From Actinomycetota bacterium (GTDB taxonomy: Bacteria > Actinomycetota > Actinomycetes > S36-B12 > UBA5976), in the NCBI GenBank assembly GCA_046047475.1, contig JBJOHY010000094.1, forward strand, positions 1-34,302: DNA of 34,302 nucleotides, in the 5' to 3' direction. Position numbers and translations under genes: made by a program. Positions 8,794 to 17,286 of the stretch are shown here, in pieces; position 1 is the first letter of the stretch, and every line of letters starts with the position of its first letter. The notes under the pieces were generated by a model that saw nothing but the letters and a program-made list of their open reading frames with translations, searched no databases and had not been told where the DNA came from.

Positions 8794-9996
8794 ATGAGCT
8801 TTCAACTTGGGACCAATTTGCCCGGTCGGCTGGGACGAACTGGCGTAATCAACACACCACACGGAGCTATTCCAACCCCAGCTTTTATCCCGGTTGGCAC
8901 CAAGGCGACGGTTAAAGCGATGTTGCCGGAAACTGTGGCAGCAATTGGCTCCCAGGCAGTGCTCGCAAATGCTTATCACCTGTACTTGCAACCAGGACCT
9001 GAAGTAATTGATGCCGCCGGTGGAGTTGGTGAATTCATGAATTGGCCGGGACCTACCTTCACTGATAGCGGCGGCTTTCAAGTGTTGTCCCTTGGTGTTG
9101 GATTCAAAAAGGTTTTGGCCATGGATGCAGATACCGTGCAAGCCGATGATGTCATGGCTGATAACAAAGATCGACTTGCCTTAGTTGATGATGATGGAGT
9201 CACATTTAAATCTCATCTTGATGGCAGTATGCACCGGTTTACCCCAGAAGTGTCGATGCAAGTGCAGCATCAAATCGGAGCTGACATTATTTTCGCGTTT
9301 GACGAGTGCACCACACTGCTCAACACCCGTGAATATCAGGAACGCTCACTAGAACGAACTTATGAATGGGCAAAGCGTTGTATCGCTGAACATGAAAGAC
9401 TAACCGAAGAGCGAAGCCATCGCCCGTATCAAATGCTTTTTGGCGTAATTCAAGGAGCACAATATGAGGATCTACGGCGTAAGGCAGCTAGAGATCTAAG
9501 TGAATTAAATTTTGATGGATTTGGTATTGGTGGAGCGCTAGATAAGAATGAACTTGGCACCATAGTTACTTGGGTAAATGAAGAGTTGCCAGAAGAAAAA
9601 CCTCGCCACCTGCTTGGAATCGGTGAGCCAGATGACCTGTTTGTTGGAGTAGAAAATGGTGCTGACACCTTTGATTGTGTTGCGCCAGCACGTATCGCTC
9701 GGACTGGCACAATTCTTAGCAAATTTGGTCGAGTCAACATTACAGTTGCGGCATACAAGAATGATTTTTCTGCCGTCGACGAAGACTGCGATTGCTATAC
9801 CTGCACCAATTACACAAAAGCTTACCTAAACCACTTATTTAGAGCTAAAGAGATGCTGGCATCAACACTTGCCACAATCCACAATGAATACTTTATTGTT
9901 TCACTCGTCGCAAAAATGAGAGATGCCATTATTGATGGTAGTTTTTTTGATTTTAAAGCAGAGTTTCTCAACAACTACTATCGAAAAAATCGCTAG
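8794..9996 (+). CDS. tgt: tRNA-guanine transglycosylase (queuine tRNA-ribosyltransferase) homolog
   Basis: Motifs TPAFIPVGT, TDSGGFQV, AFDECT, LLGIGEPDD and FDCV, plus the zinc site CDCYTC...H (CDCYTCTNYTKAYLNHL). It deviates from canonical Tgt in the GGLxVGE region and has an insertion (see findings). Confidence 0.85.
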   Translation: MSFQLGTNLPGRLGRTGVINTPHGAIPTPAFIPVGTKATVKAMLPETVAAIGSQAVLANAYHLYLQPGPEVIDAAGGVGEFMNWPGPTFTDSGGFQVLSLGVGFKKVLAMDADTVQADDVMADNKDRLALVDDDGVTFKSHLDGSMHRFTPEVSMQVQHQIGADIIFAFDECTTLLNTREYQERSLERTYEWAKRCIAEHERLTEERSHRPYQMLFGVIQGAQYEDLRRKAARDLSELNFDGFGIGGALDKNELGTIVTWVNEELPEEKPRHLLGIGEPDDLFVGVENGADTFDCVAPARIARTGTILSKFGRVNITVAAYKNDFSAVDEDCDCYTCTNYTKAYLNHLFRAKEMLASTLATIHNEYFIVSLVAKMRDAIIDGSFFDFKAEFLNNYYRKNR

Positions 9997-10784
9997 CGGC
10001 TTGAGGTTCGCTTGTATTTTGCAGTGCTTACTGGAATTAACACAATCATGATTACGGCGATATAAACCAGTGACATAACCACCGGATTTTCGCTCGGGAA
10101 TGAGCCAGCGGTAACTCCAAACTGATTTTCTAAACCAAATAATTCTCGACAGGCTGCAACCATGGTCGAAACTGGGTTCCACTCAGCAAAATATTGCAGA
10201 ACTCTTGGCATGGCAGCAGTCGGAGCAAAAGCGTTAGACAAGAATGTCATTGGAAAAACAATCAAGAAAACCAAATTATTTGCGGTTCGTGCATCTCGAA
10301 CTGAGATACCGATCAACACACCTATCCAACTCATGGCATAGCCAAATAACATCAACAACATAAATCCAGCCAAAATGGAAACAACTCCGCCCGATGGGCG
10401 CCAGCCAACAATAAATCCGGTCAGCGCCATTACCACCAGTACCACGATGTTTAATGTGGCATCACCTAACGTGCGGCCAAGTACAACTGCAGATCGCGCA
10501 ATTGGTAGGGAGCGGAAACGGTCAATCAATCCCTTTGTCATATCCATAGCAAGTCCAACCGAAGTGGTTGCCAGGGTAAATGCGACAGTTTGAACGAAAA
10601 TCCCGGGCATCAAGAACTGGACATAATCTGTACCAGGGGTATTGATGGCACCACCAAACACATACCTAAATAACAATACAAACATCACCGGTTGTATGGT
10701 GGAAAAAATTAAAACTTCGGGTACTCGACTTAATTGAAGTAATTGGCGTTTGGTAATAATCAAGCCATCTTTAATTGCGCTCAT
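9993..10784 (-). CDS. ABC-2 type exporter permease (DrrB-like)
   Basis: 263 aa with about 6 hydrophobic helices. A 4-bp start/stop overlap with the upstream ATPase gene (10781-10784) gives the typical DrrAB-type pairing. Its stop overlaps the convergent tgt stop (CTAG at 9993-9996). Confidence 0.8.
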   Translation of the reverse strand: MSAIKDGLIITKRQLLQLSRVPEVLIFSTIQPVMFVLLFRYVFGGAINTPGTDYVQFLMPGIFVQTVAFTLATTSVGLAMDMTKGLIDRFRSLPIARSAVVLGRTLGDATLNIVVLVVMALTGFIVGWRPSGGVVSILAGFMLLMLFGYAMSWIGVLIGISVRDARTANNLVFLIVFPMTFLSNAFAPTAAMPRVLQYFAEWNPVSTMVAACRELFGLENQFGVTAGSFPSENPVVMSLVYIAVIMIVLIPVSTAKYKRTSSR

Positions 10785-11761
10785 CGCCTACGACCCTTCA
10801 CTTCAACTTCTGGTTCTTCTTCTGCCACATGCCCAGTTAATGCCAGAAAAACATCGTCCAGTGATGGCCGCTTCAATGCCAGATCCACAATTTGAATATC
10901 TCGGCTGTCCAATGCGCGAACCACTTCAGTTAGAGAACTGCTGCCACCTGTTACTGCCACCGCTACCCGATTAAATTGCTCATCAACACTCGCGTCATTT
11001 CCAGAAATCAATTCCAACGCTGCCTTGGTTGCCATTAATGATGTCGAATTCACCGTGACTTCAAGTTTTTCGCCGCCAACTTGTGTCTTTAACTCATCTG
11101 ATGTGCCATTGGCAATAACTTTGCCGTGATCAATAACTGCAATTCGATCAGCGAGTTGATCAGCTTCTTCAAGGTATTGTGTTGTCAGCAACAGTGTGGT
11201 GCCACCTGCAACTAGATTCTTGATTACATCCCACATGTCTAATCGACCACGCGGATCAAGGCCAGTAGTTGGTTCATCTAAGAAAAGCACTTTTGGTTTA
11301 ACGATAAGTGCTGCTGCTAAATCCAATCTTCGTCTCATGCCGCCCGAATAAGTTGTTATCGCACGCTTGGCACTGTCAGTCAGCTTAAATTGTTCGAGCA
11401 GTTCAGTTGCTCGTTGTTTGGCTGCTGAGTGTGACAAGTGGTAGAGCCGACCAAACATCACCAGGTTGTCCCAGCCTGTCAACGATTCATCTACTGCGGC
11501 ATATTGGCCAGATAGGCCGATTAGTCGTCTGACTTGGTCAGGATGCTTGATCACATCGACCCCGGCCACCATGGCACTACCGGAATCGGGCTTAAGCAGC
11601 GTGCTCAGTACTCTCACACAGGTAGTTTTACCGGCACCGTTTGGGCCAAGCACGCCCAATACAGTTCCCTCCTGAACACTAAGAGATAGACCATCTAAGG
11701 CACGAACTTTGCCTTTTGGATAGGTTTTTACCAGGTCTGTTGCCGAAATTGCTGTGGTCAT
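10781..11761 (-). CDS. ABC transporter ATP-binding protein (DrrA/daunorubicin-resistance-like family)
   Basis: Walker A GPNGAGKTT, signature YSGGMRRR, Walker B LFLDEPTTGLD. A ~100-aa C-terminal extension is typical of DrrA-like ATPases. Confidence 0.9.
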   Translation of the reverse strand: MTTAISATDLVKTYPKGKVRALDGLSLSVQEGTVLGVLGPNGAGKTTCVRVLSTLLKPDSGSAMVAGVDVIKHPDQVRRLIGLSGQYAAVDESLTGWDNLVMFGRLYHLSHSAAKQRATELLEQFKLTDSAKRAITTYSGGMRRRLDLAAALIVKPKVLFLDEPTTGLDPRGRLDMWDVIKNLVAGGTTLLLTTQYLEEADQLADRIAVIDHGKVIANGTSDELKTQVGGEKLEVTVNSTSLMATKAALELISGNDASVDEQFNRVAVAVTGGSSSLTEVVRALDSRDIQIVDLALKRPSLDDVFLALTGHVAEEEPEVEVKGRRR

Positions 11762-12020
11762 AACTTCCCTCTTAGAGGACGAAAACCTATCTCAATTAGC
11801 TTCCACTCCGACCAGCAGCACTCAGGTGGAGTCCTGCACCTTATTAATGCGGGCAGATCCGACAAAGACCCTTGAATACGAAATTCTAAGACTGGGGCAT
11901 CTAGCCAGCCTGTGGATAGACCTACTATTGTCTCGCCCCTCAAGGCTTTGCTGCCTGCCTCTCGGTTGGGGGGAAACCCAGGAGTTGGGAAGCAAGGTCT
12001 TTACCCACCAAGGAGATTCA

Positions 12021-13901
12021 ATGAAAGTAACACGATTGGCGAAGATTGCAATTGCACTCGGTGCGGCTGCAAGCGTTGCTGCTGCGGGACTTATGGTTCC
12101 GTCAAATGCTGCAACTCGCTCAACTGTCGTATTGGTACAGAGCAACTCTCTTACCTCGTTGAACCCATCAGTTGTAAGCCAGAACCTCACCGCTAACGTT
12201 GACGTTGCTTACATGACTTCTATGGGCTTCAATTATTACAACAACAAGCCTGCACTAGTTGCAAATACGGTGTTTGGTTCGTACAAGATTGTAAAGAACA
12301 CCGCAAAAGATTTCCGCACTGAATGGAGAATTAATCCAGGCCTAGTTTGGTCTGATGGAACTCCAATCACGGCTGATGACTTGCTGCTTAGCCATGTACT
12401 TTGCTCGGGCAAGTACTCAAAGGCAGCTGGCCTGGGTGATCCTTCCGACGAAAACACTCCACCAGCATTTAATGCTTCATGCTACGGCGGACTTTATGAC
12501 AACAACCTTGTTGGAAATCCAACGGTAAGTTCAGACAACCTAGCCGTAACACTGCGTTGGCCATATCCAATTCCAGACTGGGATCTATACGGACCAGGCG
12601 TATTCCCAGTTCACACCTTGTCTTTGATGGCAGATGGCAAGAAGAAGATCGGAACTCCAGCGGAGAACCTAGCCGCAAAGAAGAAATTCCGTGCTGCTTT
12701 TGACAAGAAGAACACAGCTCAGCTAAAGAAAATGGGCGCAATCTGGAGCAACGATTACAACATTAAGACAGTAAACAAGAGCACAAACCCACTATTGCTA
12801 GTAAACAACGGTGCGTATCTTGTTAAGTCAGCCGTTGCAGATCAAAGCGTGACTTTGGCTCTTAACCCACGTTACAACTCAGGCCCAAAGACTAATGGTG
12901 TAAAGACCATCGTCGTTCGAACAATTGGTGATGGAACTGCTGCAGCACAGGCGCTTGCAAACAAGGAAATCGACATTTATGCCGGACAGCCAACTGCTGA
13001 CGCAGTTGCTCAGTTGAAGTCATTCTCTGGGGTAAAGGTTTTGGGTGGCAACGGTGCCGTTTATGAGCACGTTGACATCCGTACCAAATCTGCAGAAGGC
13101 GAAGACACTCCGTATACCGGTCTATTCGCTTACACCGGTAACGCTGCTGCAGATGCCAAGGCAAAAGACCTGCGTACTGCGTTCTTACTATCAATTCCTC
13201 GCCAGGAGATTGTTGATCGCTTGATCAAACCAATCAACTCAAAGGCTGTTGTGATGAACTCAGTGACCACTTTCCCATCAGAGCCTGCTTACAAGGAAAT
13301 CACTTCAAAGAGTGGTGTAGCTAAGTATGTTCAGGGGACTCAGGCACAGCGAACTGCACAGGCACTTCAGTTAGTTCAGAAGCACTTCCCAAATACCAGT
13401 GCTGCAAATCCAACTGTTGAAGTCAAGTTGCTATGGGGTACTCCAACCAACCAGCGACGTGCGTCACAAGCACAGTTGATTATCGCCGAAGCAGCAAAGG
13501 CAGGCTTCAAGGTAATTGCTCCAGGCGACTCTGCTTGGCCAACTAAGCTTGGAACCCCAGATCACGATGCGTCGTTCTTCGCATGGGTAAAGAACTCAAC
13601 ATCTCAGTTGTCACCTCAGGCAACATTCCAGTCTGATGGCTCCAACAACTACAGCGGTTTCTATGGTGGTCCAAAGAATGCCGCTATGGACAAGCTGACC
13701 AAGTCACTTGAAAAGGCTCAAAGCCCAGCCAAGTTGACTAAGACATACACCGAGATGGAGAAGATTTTGATGGATGAGGCAATCACCCTCGCTATCTTCC
13801 AGCATCCAAACGTGACAGCTCACAACTCTGCCTTGAAGAATGTGAAGCCGTCCCCACTTTCACCACAGCTAGTGTGGAACTTCTGGGAGTGGAAGTACTA
13901 G
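12021..13901 (+). CDS. ABC transporter substrate-binding protein, family 5 (peptide/nickel, OppA/DppA-like)
   Basis: Strong SD AAGGAGA at 12010-16, then ATG 12021 and the signal peptide MKVTRLAKIAIALGAAASVAAAGLMVPSNA. 626 aa. Position and general sequence character match family-5 SBPs upstream of OppBC-type permeases. The ORF-track start at 11754 is an in-frame non-coding extension. Confidence 0.85.
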   Translation: MKVTRLAKIAIALGAAASVAAAGLMVPSNAATRSTVVLVQSNSLTSLNPSVVSQNLTANVDVAYMTSMGFNYYNNKPALVANTVFGSYKIVKNTAKDFRTEWRINPGLVWSDGTPITADDLLLSHVLCSGKYSKAAGLGDPSDENTPPAFNASCYGGLYDNNLVGNPTVSSDNLAVTLRWPYPIPDWDLYGPGVFPVHTLSLMADGKKKIGTPAENLAAKKKFRAAFDKKNTAQLKKMGAIWSNDYNIKTVNKSTNPLLLVNNGAYLVKSAVADQSVTLALNPRYNSGPKTNGVKTIVVRTIGDGTAAAQALANKEIDIYAGQPTADAVAQLKSFSGVKVLGGNGAVYEHVDIRTKSAEGEDTPYTGLFAYTGNAAADAKAKDLRTAFLLSIPRQEIVDRLIKPINSKAVVMNSVTTFPSEPAYKEITSKSGVAKYVQGTQAQRTAQALQLVQKHFPNTSAANPTVEVKLLWGTPTNQRRASQAQLIIAEAAKAGFKVIAPGDSAWPTKLGTPDHDASFFAWVKNSTSQLSPQATFQSDGSNNYSGFYGGPKNAAMDKLTKSLEKAQSPAKLTKTYTEMEKILMDEAITLAIFQHPNVTAHNSALKNVKPSPLSPQLVWNFWEWKY

Positions 13902-13970
13902 GAGTTAGCTCCTAGTTAACGCGTTAAAAGTTGAGTGGCATTCGGGGACTTTCCCGGGTGCCACTCAACT
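13898..13970 (+). terminator. Two consecutive stem-loops after the SBP gene, likely an intercistronic attenuator or mRNA-stabilising structure
   Basis: Hairpin 1 is CTAGGAG-TTAG-CTCCTAG (13898-13915) and overlaps the TAG stop. Hairpin 2 is AGTTGAGTGGCA...TGCCACTCAACT (13929-13970), a 12-bp perfect stem extendable through GC and GU pairs. No U-tract follows. Confidence 0.5.
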
Positions 13971-14037
13971 GCAACTGGGCCTTATTAGTAACTAAACTAG
14001 GTCTGCTAAAAATCCACTGCAATATCTGGAGGGTGAA

Positions 14038-15588
14038 TTGCTCGCCTACATCGTTCGACGTCTTGGCGCGCTAGTGATAATTCTGCTGGGATCAAGCTTC
14101 ATTCTGTACAACATGGCAGCAATTTCTGCTGATCCATTGGAAGGGCTACGCGTAAGCACTGACCCCAATGCGAAGCAGTTGATGATCGCTTTGAGTCGCG
14201 AATTAAACCTAGATGTCCCACCTCCGTTAAGGTATTTCATCTGGCTCGAGGGCGTCCTCGGCGGATTTGTGGGCGACTTAGATCTTGGAATGACTCGGGA
14301 AGCTCAGCCAGTCTTGGATGCCCTTGCAACGGCTATCCCAACGACGATTCGACTAGTTTTTGGGGCAACGATAATTGCAATAGTTTTGGGAATAACTTTG
14401 GGAATAATCTCTGCTCTTCGTCAATACAGCCGATTTGATTACTCCATGACATTTGTTGCTTTCCTACTGTTTTCACTGCCAATTTTCTGGGTTGCAGTTC
14501 TATTGAAGCAATACATGGCTATTCAGTTTAATGACTTTTTGACGGACCCAAAGATTGCAGTCCCTTGGCTGCTGGGAATAAGCGCTTTTGTCGGCGTCTT
14601 CTGGGCAGCATTAATAAGTGGAACAAGAAAACGCGTTATAAGCATTTTCTTGATTGCTGCAGCTGCCACAGGTGGCATGATCTTTTTCCTGAATACCATA
14701 GATTGGTTTAGCGACCCAGGCTTAGGTCCAATAACTCTTTTACTACTGAATATTGGAGTTGCATTCGGAATAACACAACTATCTACTGGAGTTAGCAATC
14801 GAAGTGCACTTTACACTTCACTGACATTGGCCATTGTTGGATTTGTTTCTTATTTTCCAATGCAAACAGTATTCGATGGTGATAACCGCCGAGTAAAGGT
14901 ATTAATTTCCTTTCTAATCATGATTGGAGTCTCAATCGCAATATCGTTTATTTTTGCGAAAGTTGACCGTGGCCCGGTAATCCGCACAAGTCTTTTGACG
15001 TCCATCATTATTTCGCTGCTGATTTTTCTAGATAAATTCATGAAAACTTGGGCTCCGTACATGGCAACAGACGCGATTAACAATCGTCCCATACCTACAA
15101 TTGGGCAACGTAATACTTTGCTTGAATTTGAAGAAACGACCTGGTGGATAGATATGTTGGACGTGTTAGTGCACATGTTCCTACCAACCATCGCACTAAC
15201 CCTAATCTCTTTTGCTGGATACATTAGATACTCACGTGGAACTCTTCTAGAAGTTCTGAACCAAGACTACATTCGAACTGCACGAGCGAAAGGCTTGACC
15301 GAACGCACAGTAATTATGCGACATGCATTTAGAAATACCATGATTCCACTGACCACGATTATGGTAGTTGATTTTGCTGGCATTATTGGTGGTGCAATCA
15401 TTACCGAACGTGTATTTGGTTGGACAGGTATGGGAACTTTGTTCAACAAAGCAATCACTCAGTTTGACTTGAACCTGTTAATGGGTGTTTTCATCGTAAC
15501 TGGCTTCTTGGCCGTGTTTGCAAATCTGGTTGCAGATTTGCTCTATTCAGCCCTTGATCCTCGAATTCGAGTAGGAAGTGGTAAGTGA
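14038..15588 (+). CDS. ABC transporter permease (OppB/DppB-like, BPD_transp_1), with a large internal multi-helix insertion
   Basis: SD GGAGGG at 14028-33, then TTG 14038 and the typical N-terminus (M)LAYIVRRLGALVIILL. EAA-region block EVLNQDYIRTARAKGLTERTVIMRHAFRN and C-terminal LLYSALDPRIR. 516 aa, versus the ~310-340 aa I expect for this family. Confidence 0.85.
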   Translation: MLAYIVRRLGALVIILLGSSFILYNMAAISADPLEGLRVSTDPNAKQLMIALSRELNLDVPPPLRYFIWLEGVLGGFVGDLDLGMTREAQPVLDALATAIPTTIRLVFGATIIAIVLGITLGIISALRQYSRFDYSMTFVAFLLFSLPIFWVAVLLKQYMAIQFNDFLTDPKIAVPWLLGISAFVGVFWAALISGTRKRVISIFLIAAAATGGMIFFLNTIDWFSDPGLGPITLLLLNIGVAFGITQLSTGVSNRSALYTSLTLAIVGFVSYFPMQTVFDGDNRRVKVLISFLIMIGVSIAISFIFAKVDRGPVIRTSLLTSIIISLLIFLDKFMKTWAPYMATDAINNRPIPTIGQRNTLLEFEETTWWIDMLDVLVHMFLPTIALTLISFAGYIRYSRGTLLEVLNQDYIRTARAKGLTERTVIMRHAFRNTMIPLTTIMVVDFAGIIGGAIITERVFGWTGMGTLFNKAITQFDLNLLMGVFIVTGFLAVFANLVADLLYSALDPRIRVGSGK

Positions 15589-16667
15589 TGAAACTTGGAC
15601 GAAAGAAAGATGTAGAAATTGCTACTACTGATGGTGGTGAAAATGCAATCTTCAACAAAGAAACTGAAGGTTTAAGTCAAGGCCAGATCGTTCGTCGTAG
15701 ATTCGTTCGACACCGCGCTGCAATGATCTCAGTTTTCGTACTGTTGTTTATAGTCATTATGGTATTTACCGCACTAGATACATCCGTTGGGCCGATCACG
15801 ATTCCTGGTTGGTGGCGTTATTCAATTACTGATTTACCAGAGCTTCGATTTGAAGAATGCCCTGGCGGTGTGGTTGGTTGCCCCACCTTAGACGCTATTC
15901 CGTTCCTTGATGGTGATGGCGTAAGCATGGGACTTCATCCATTTGGCCAAGATGACATTGGACGTGATTACTTTGCGCTAGTCATGCGAGGCGCCCAGCG
16001 CTCGATTCTGGTGATGTTAATTATTGGTTTTATTGGTGGAATAGTTGGTACCGTTGTTGGAGCGATCTCTGGATTCTTCCGCGGATGGATTGATGCTGTG
16101 TTGATGCGATTTACTGATTTCGTAATCGTTATTCCTGCAATCATTATTGGTGCAGTAATTGGTTATAACTTCGGTAATCTCGGAGTGCCATTCTTAGCAT
16201 TTTATTTAGGTTTGTTTGCCTGGACTGGCCTATCCAGGCTTGTCCGAGGCGAATTCCTCACTCTACGCGAGCGAGAGTTTGTCGATGCTGCTCGAGTTGC
16301 AGGTGCGACTAACCGAAGAATTATTTTCAAACACATCCTACCGAATGCAGTTGGTGTGATTATTGTTTCGGTAACGCTATTGATGTCCGGTGCCATCTTG
16401 CTGGAGACGGCTCTGTCCTATCTCGGCTTTGGCGTGGTTCCACCTGACGTGTCACTTGGCCTATTGGTAAGCAATTATCAAGATTCGTTTACAACGCGGC
16501 CTTGGCTGTTCTGGTATCCAGGTATTTTCATTATCGCGATTGCATTGAGTATCAACTTTATTGGTGACGGATTGCGCGATGCCTTCGATCCAAGACAACG
16601 CCGACGAATCACTCGAAAAGATCGAGATCAGGCTCGGGTCGCAGCTAAGGCTGGTGCTCAGAATTGA
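15585..16667 (+). CDS. ABC transporter permease (OppC/DppC-like)
   Basis: The start (GTG 15585 or ATG 15588) overlaps the OppB-like stop. Motifs HPFGQDDIGRDYFA (OppC N-terminal region), LREREFVDAARVAGATNRRIIFKHILPN (EAA region) and C-terminal GDGLRDAFDPR. Confidence 0.85.
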   Translation: MMKLGRKKDVEIATTDGGENAIFNKETEGLSQGQIVRRRFVRHRAAMISVFVLLFIVIMVFTALDTSVGPITIPGWWRYSITDLPELRFEECPGGVVGCPTLDAIPFLDGDGVSMGLHPFGQDDIGRDYFALVMRGAQRSILVMLIIGFIGGIVGTVVGAISGFFRGWIDAVLMRFTDFVIVIPAIIIGAVIGYNFGNLGVPFLAFYLGLFAWTGLSRLVRGEFLTLREREFVDAARVAGATNRRIIFKHILPNAVGVIIVSVTLLMSGAILLETALSYLGFGVVPPDVSLGLLVSNYQDSFTTRPWLFWYPGIFIIAIALSINFIGDGLRDAFDPRQRRRITRKDRDQARVAAKAGAQN

Positions 16668-17266
16668 ACGTAGGTAAGCGCGATTGCAGTAAGCAAGCTA
16701 CCCAACAGCAACGCAACACCAAAGGTGTTGTAACTGACGCTGCTAGCAATTCCAACCAGGTTCTGATTGCGAAAGTTTTCGAGTTTGGCGCGAGCCAAGT
16801 AGGTTGCAGCGCCAGAATGACTTCGCGGCGATTCACCAGGTCTAATCATGCCTTGACTGCCTATTCGCATGCCGCGAAGGTCCGTTTCATGTATGGACCT
16901 GGAGTGATATCTGCTTGGGGCAGGGGCTGCCCAAGCGTAAATTACTTTGTCGGCAATTTGAATGGACATGGTGAATTTAGCCTCGATGTTTTCCACCAAG
17001 TCCCATCCAGTAGTAATGGTCAGGAATGGGTTAATAATCGTTATGCCTTCATCAAACAAGATGACTTGGGGTCTGATAAAGACCAAGTGGGCCATGCTGG
17101 AAATAGCAACTGCCCAAGCAAAAGTGACCAGGGTATCTCGCTGATTTCCTTGAGTGGAGATCGCAACTACCATCAAGGCACACATCAGAAGACTGATCAC
17201 TCCCATCACCAGATTACTTCTAGGTCGGAAGATTTCCACGTTAGTCACGACACAAGTTTGGCACAA
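16658..17266 (-). CDS. Membrane protein with a bacterial PH-like (bPH) domain, encoded antisense between the permease and ATPase genes
   Basis: 202-aa ORF. It has N-terminal EIFRPRS, then two TM helices, then IRPQVILFDEGITIINPFLTITTGWDLVENIEAKF...YAWAAPAP. This is the pattern I recognise from small actinobacterial PH-domain membrane proteins. A C-terminal TM helix is also present. The overlapping plus-strand ORF looks like antisense noise. The start could be ATG 17266 or a nearby GTG. Confidence 0.65.
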   Translation of the reverse strand: MCQTCVVTNVEIFRPRSNLVMGVISLLMCALMVVAISTQGNQRDTLVTFAWAVAISSMAHLVFIRPQVILFDEGITIINPFLTITTGWDLVENIEAKFTMSIQIADKVIYAWAAPAPSRYHSRSIHETDLRGMRIGSQGMIRPGESPRSHSGAATYLARAKLENFRNQNLVGIASSVSYNTFGVALLLGSLLTAIALTYVQF

Positions 17267-17286
17267 CTAGCAAGGACGGCAGCATA

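Noticed and set aside
8791-9141. 116-aa minus-strand ORF.
   Set aside because: It lies entirely antisense within the conserved N-terminal part of tgt and has no motif.
11754-12020. N-terminal 89-codon extension of the SBP ORF (the 715-aa ORF-track version), overlapping the ATPase start.
   Set aside because: A strong SD (AAGGAGA) and ATG at 12021 are followed by a classical signal peptide. The upstream residues are not protein-like.
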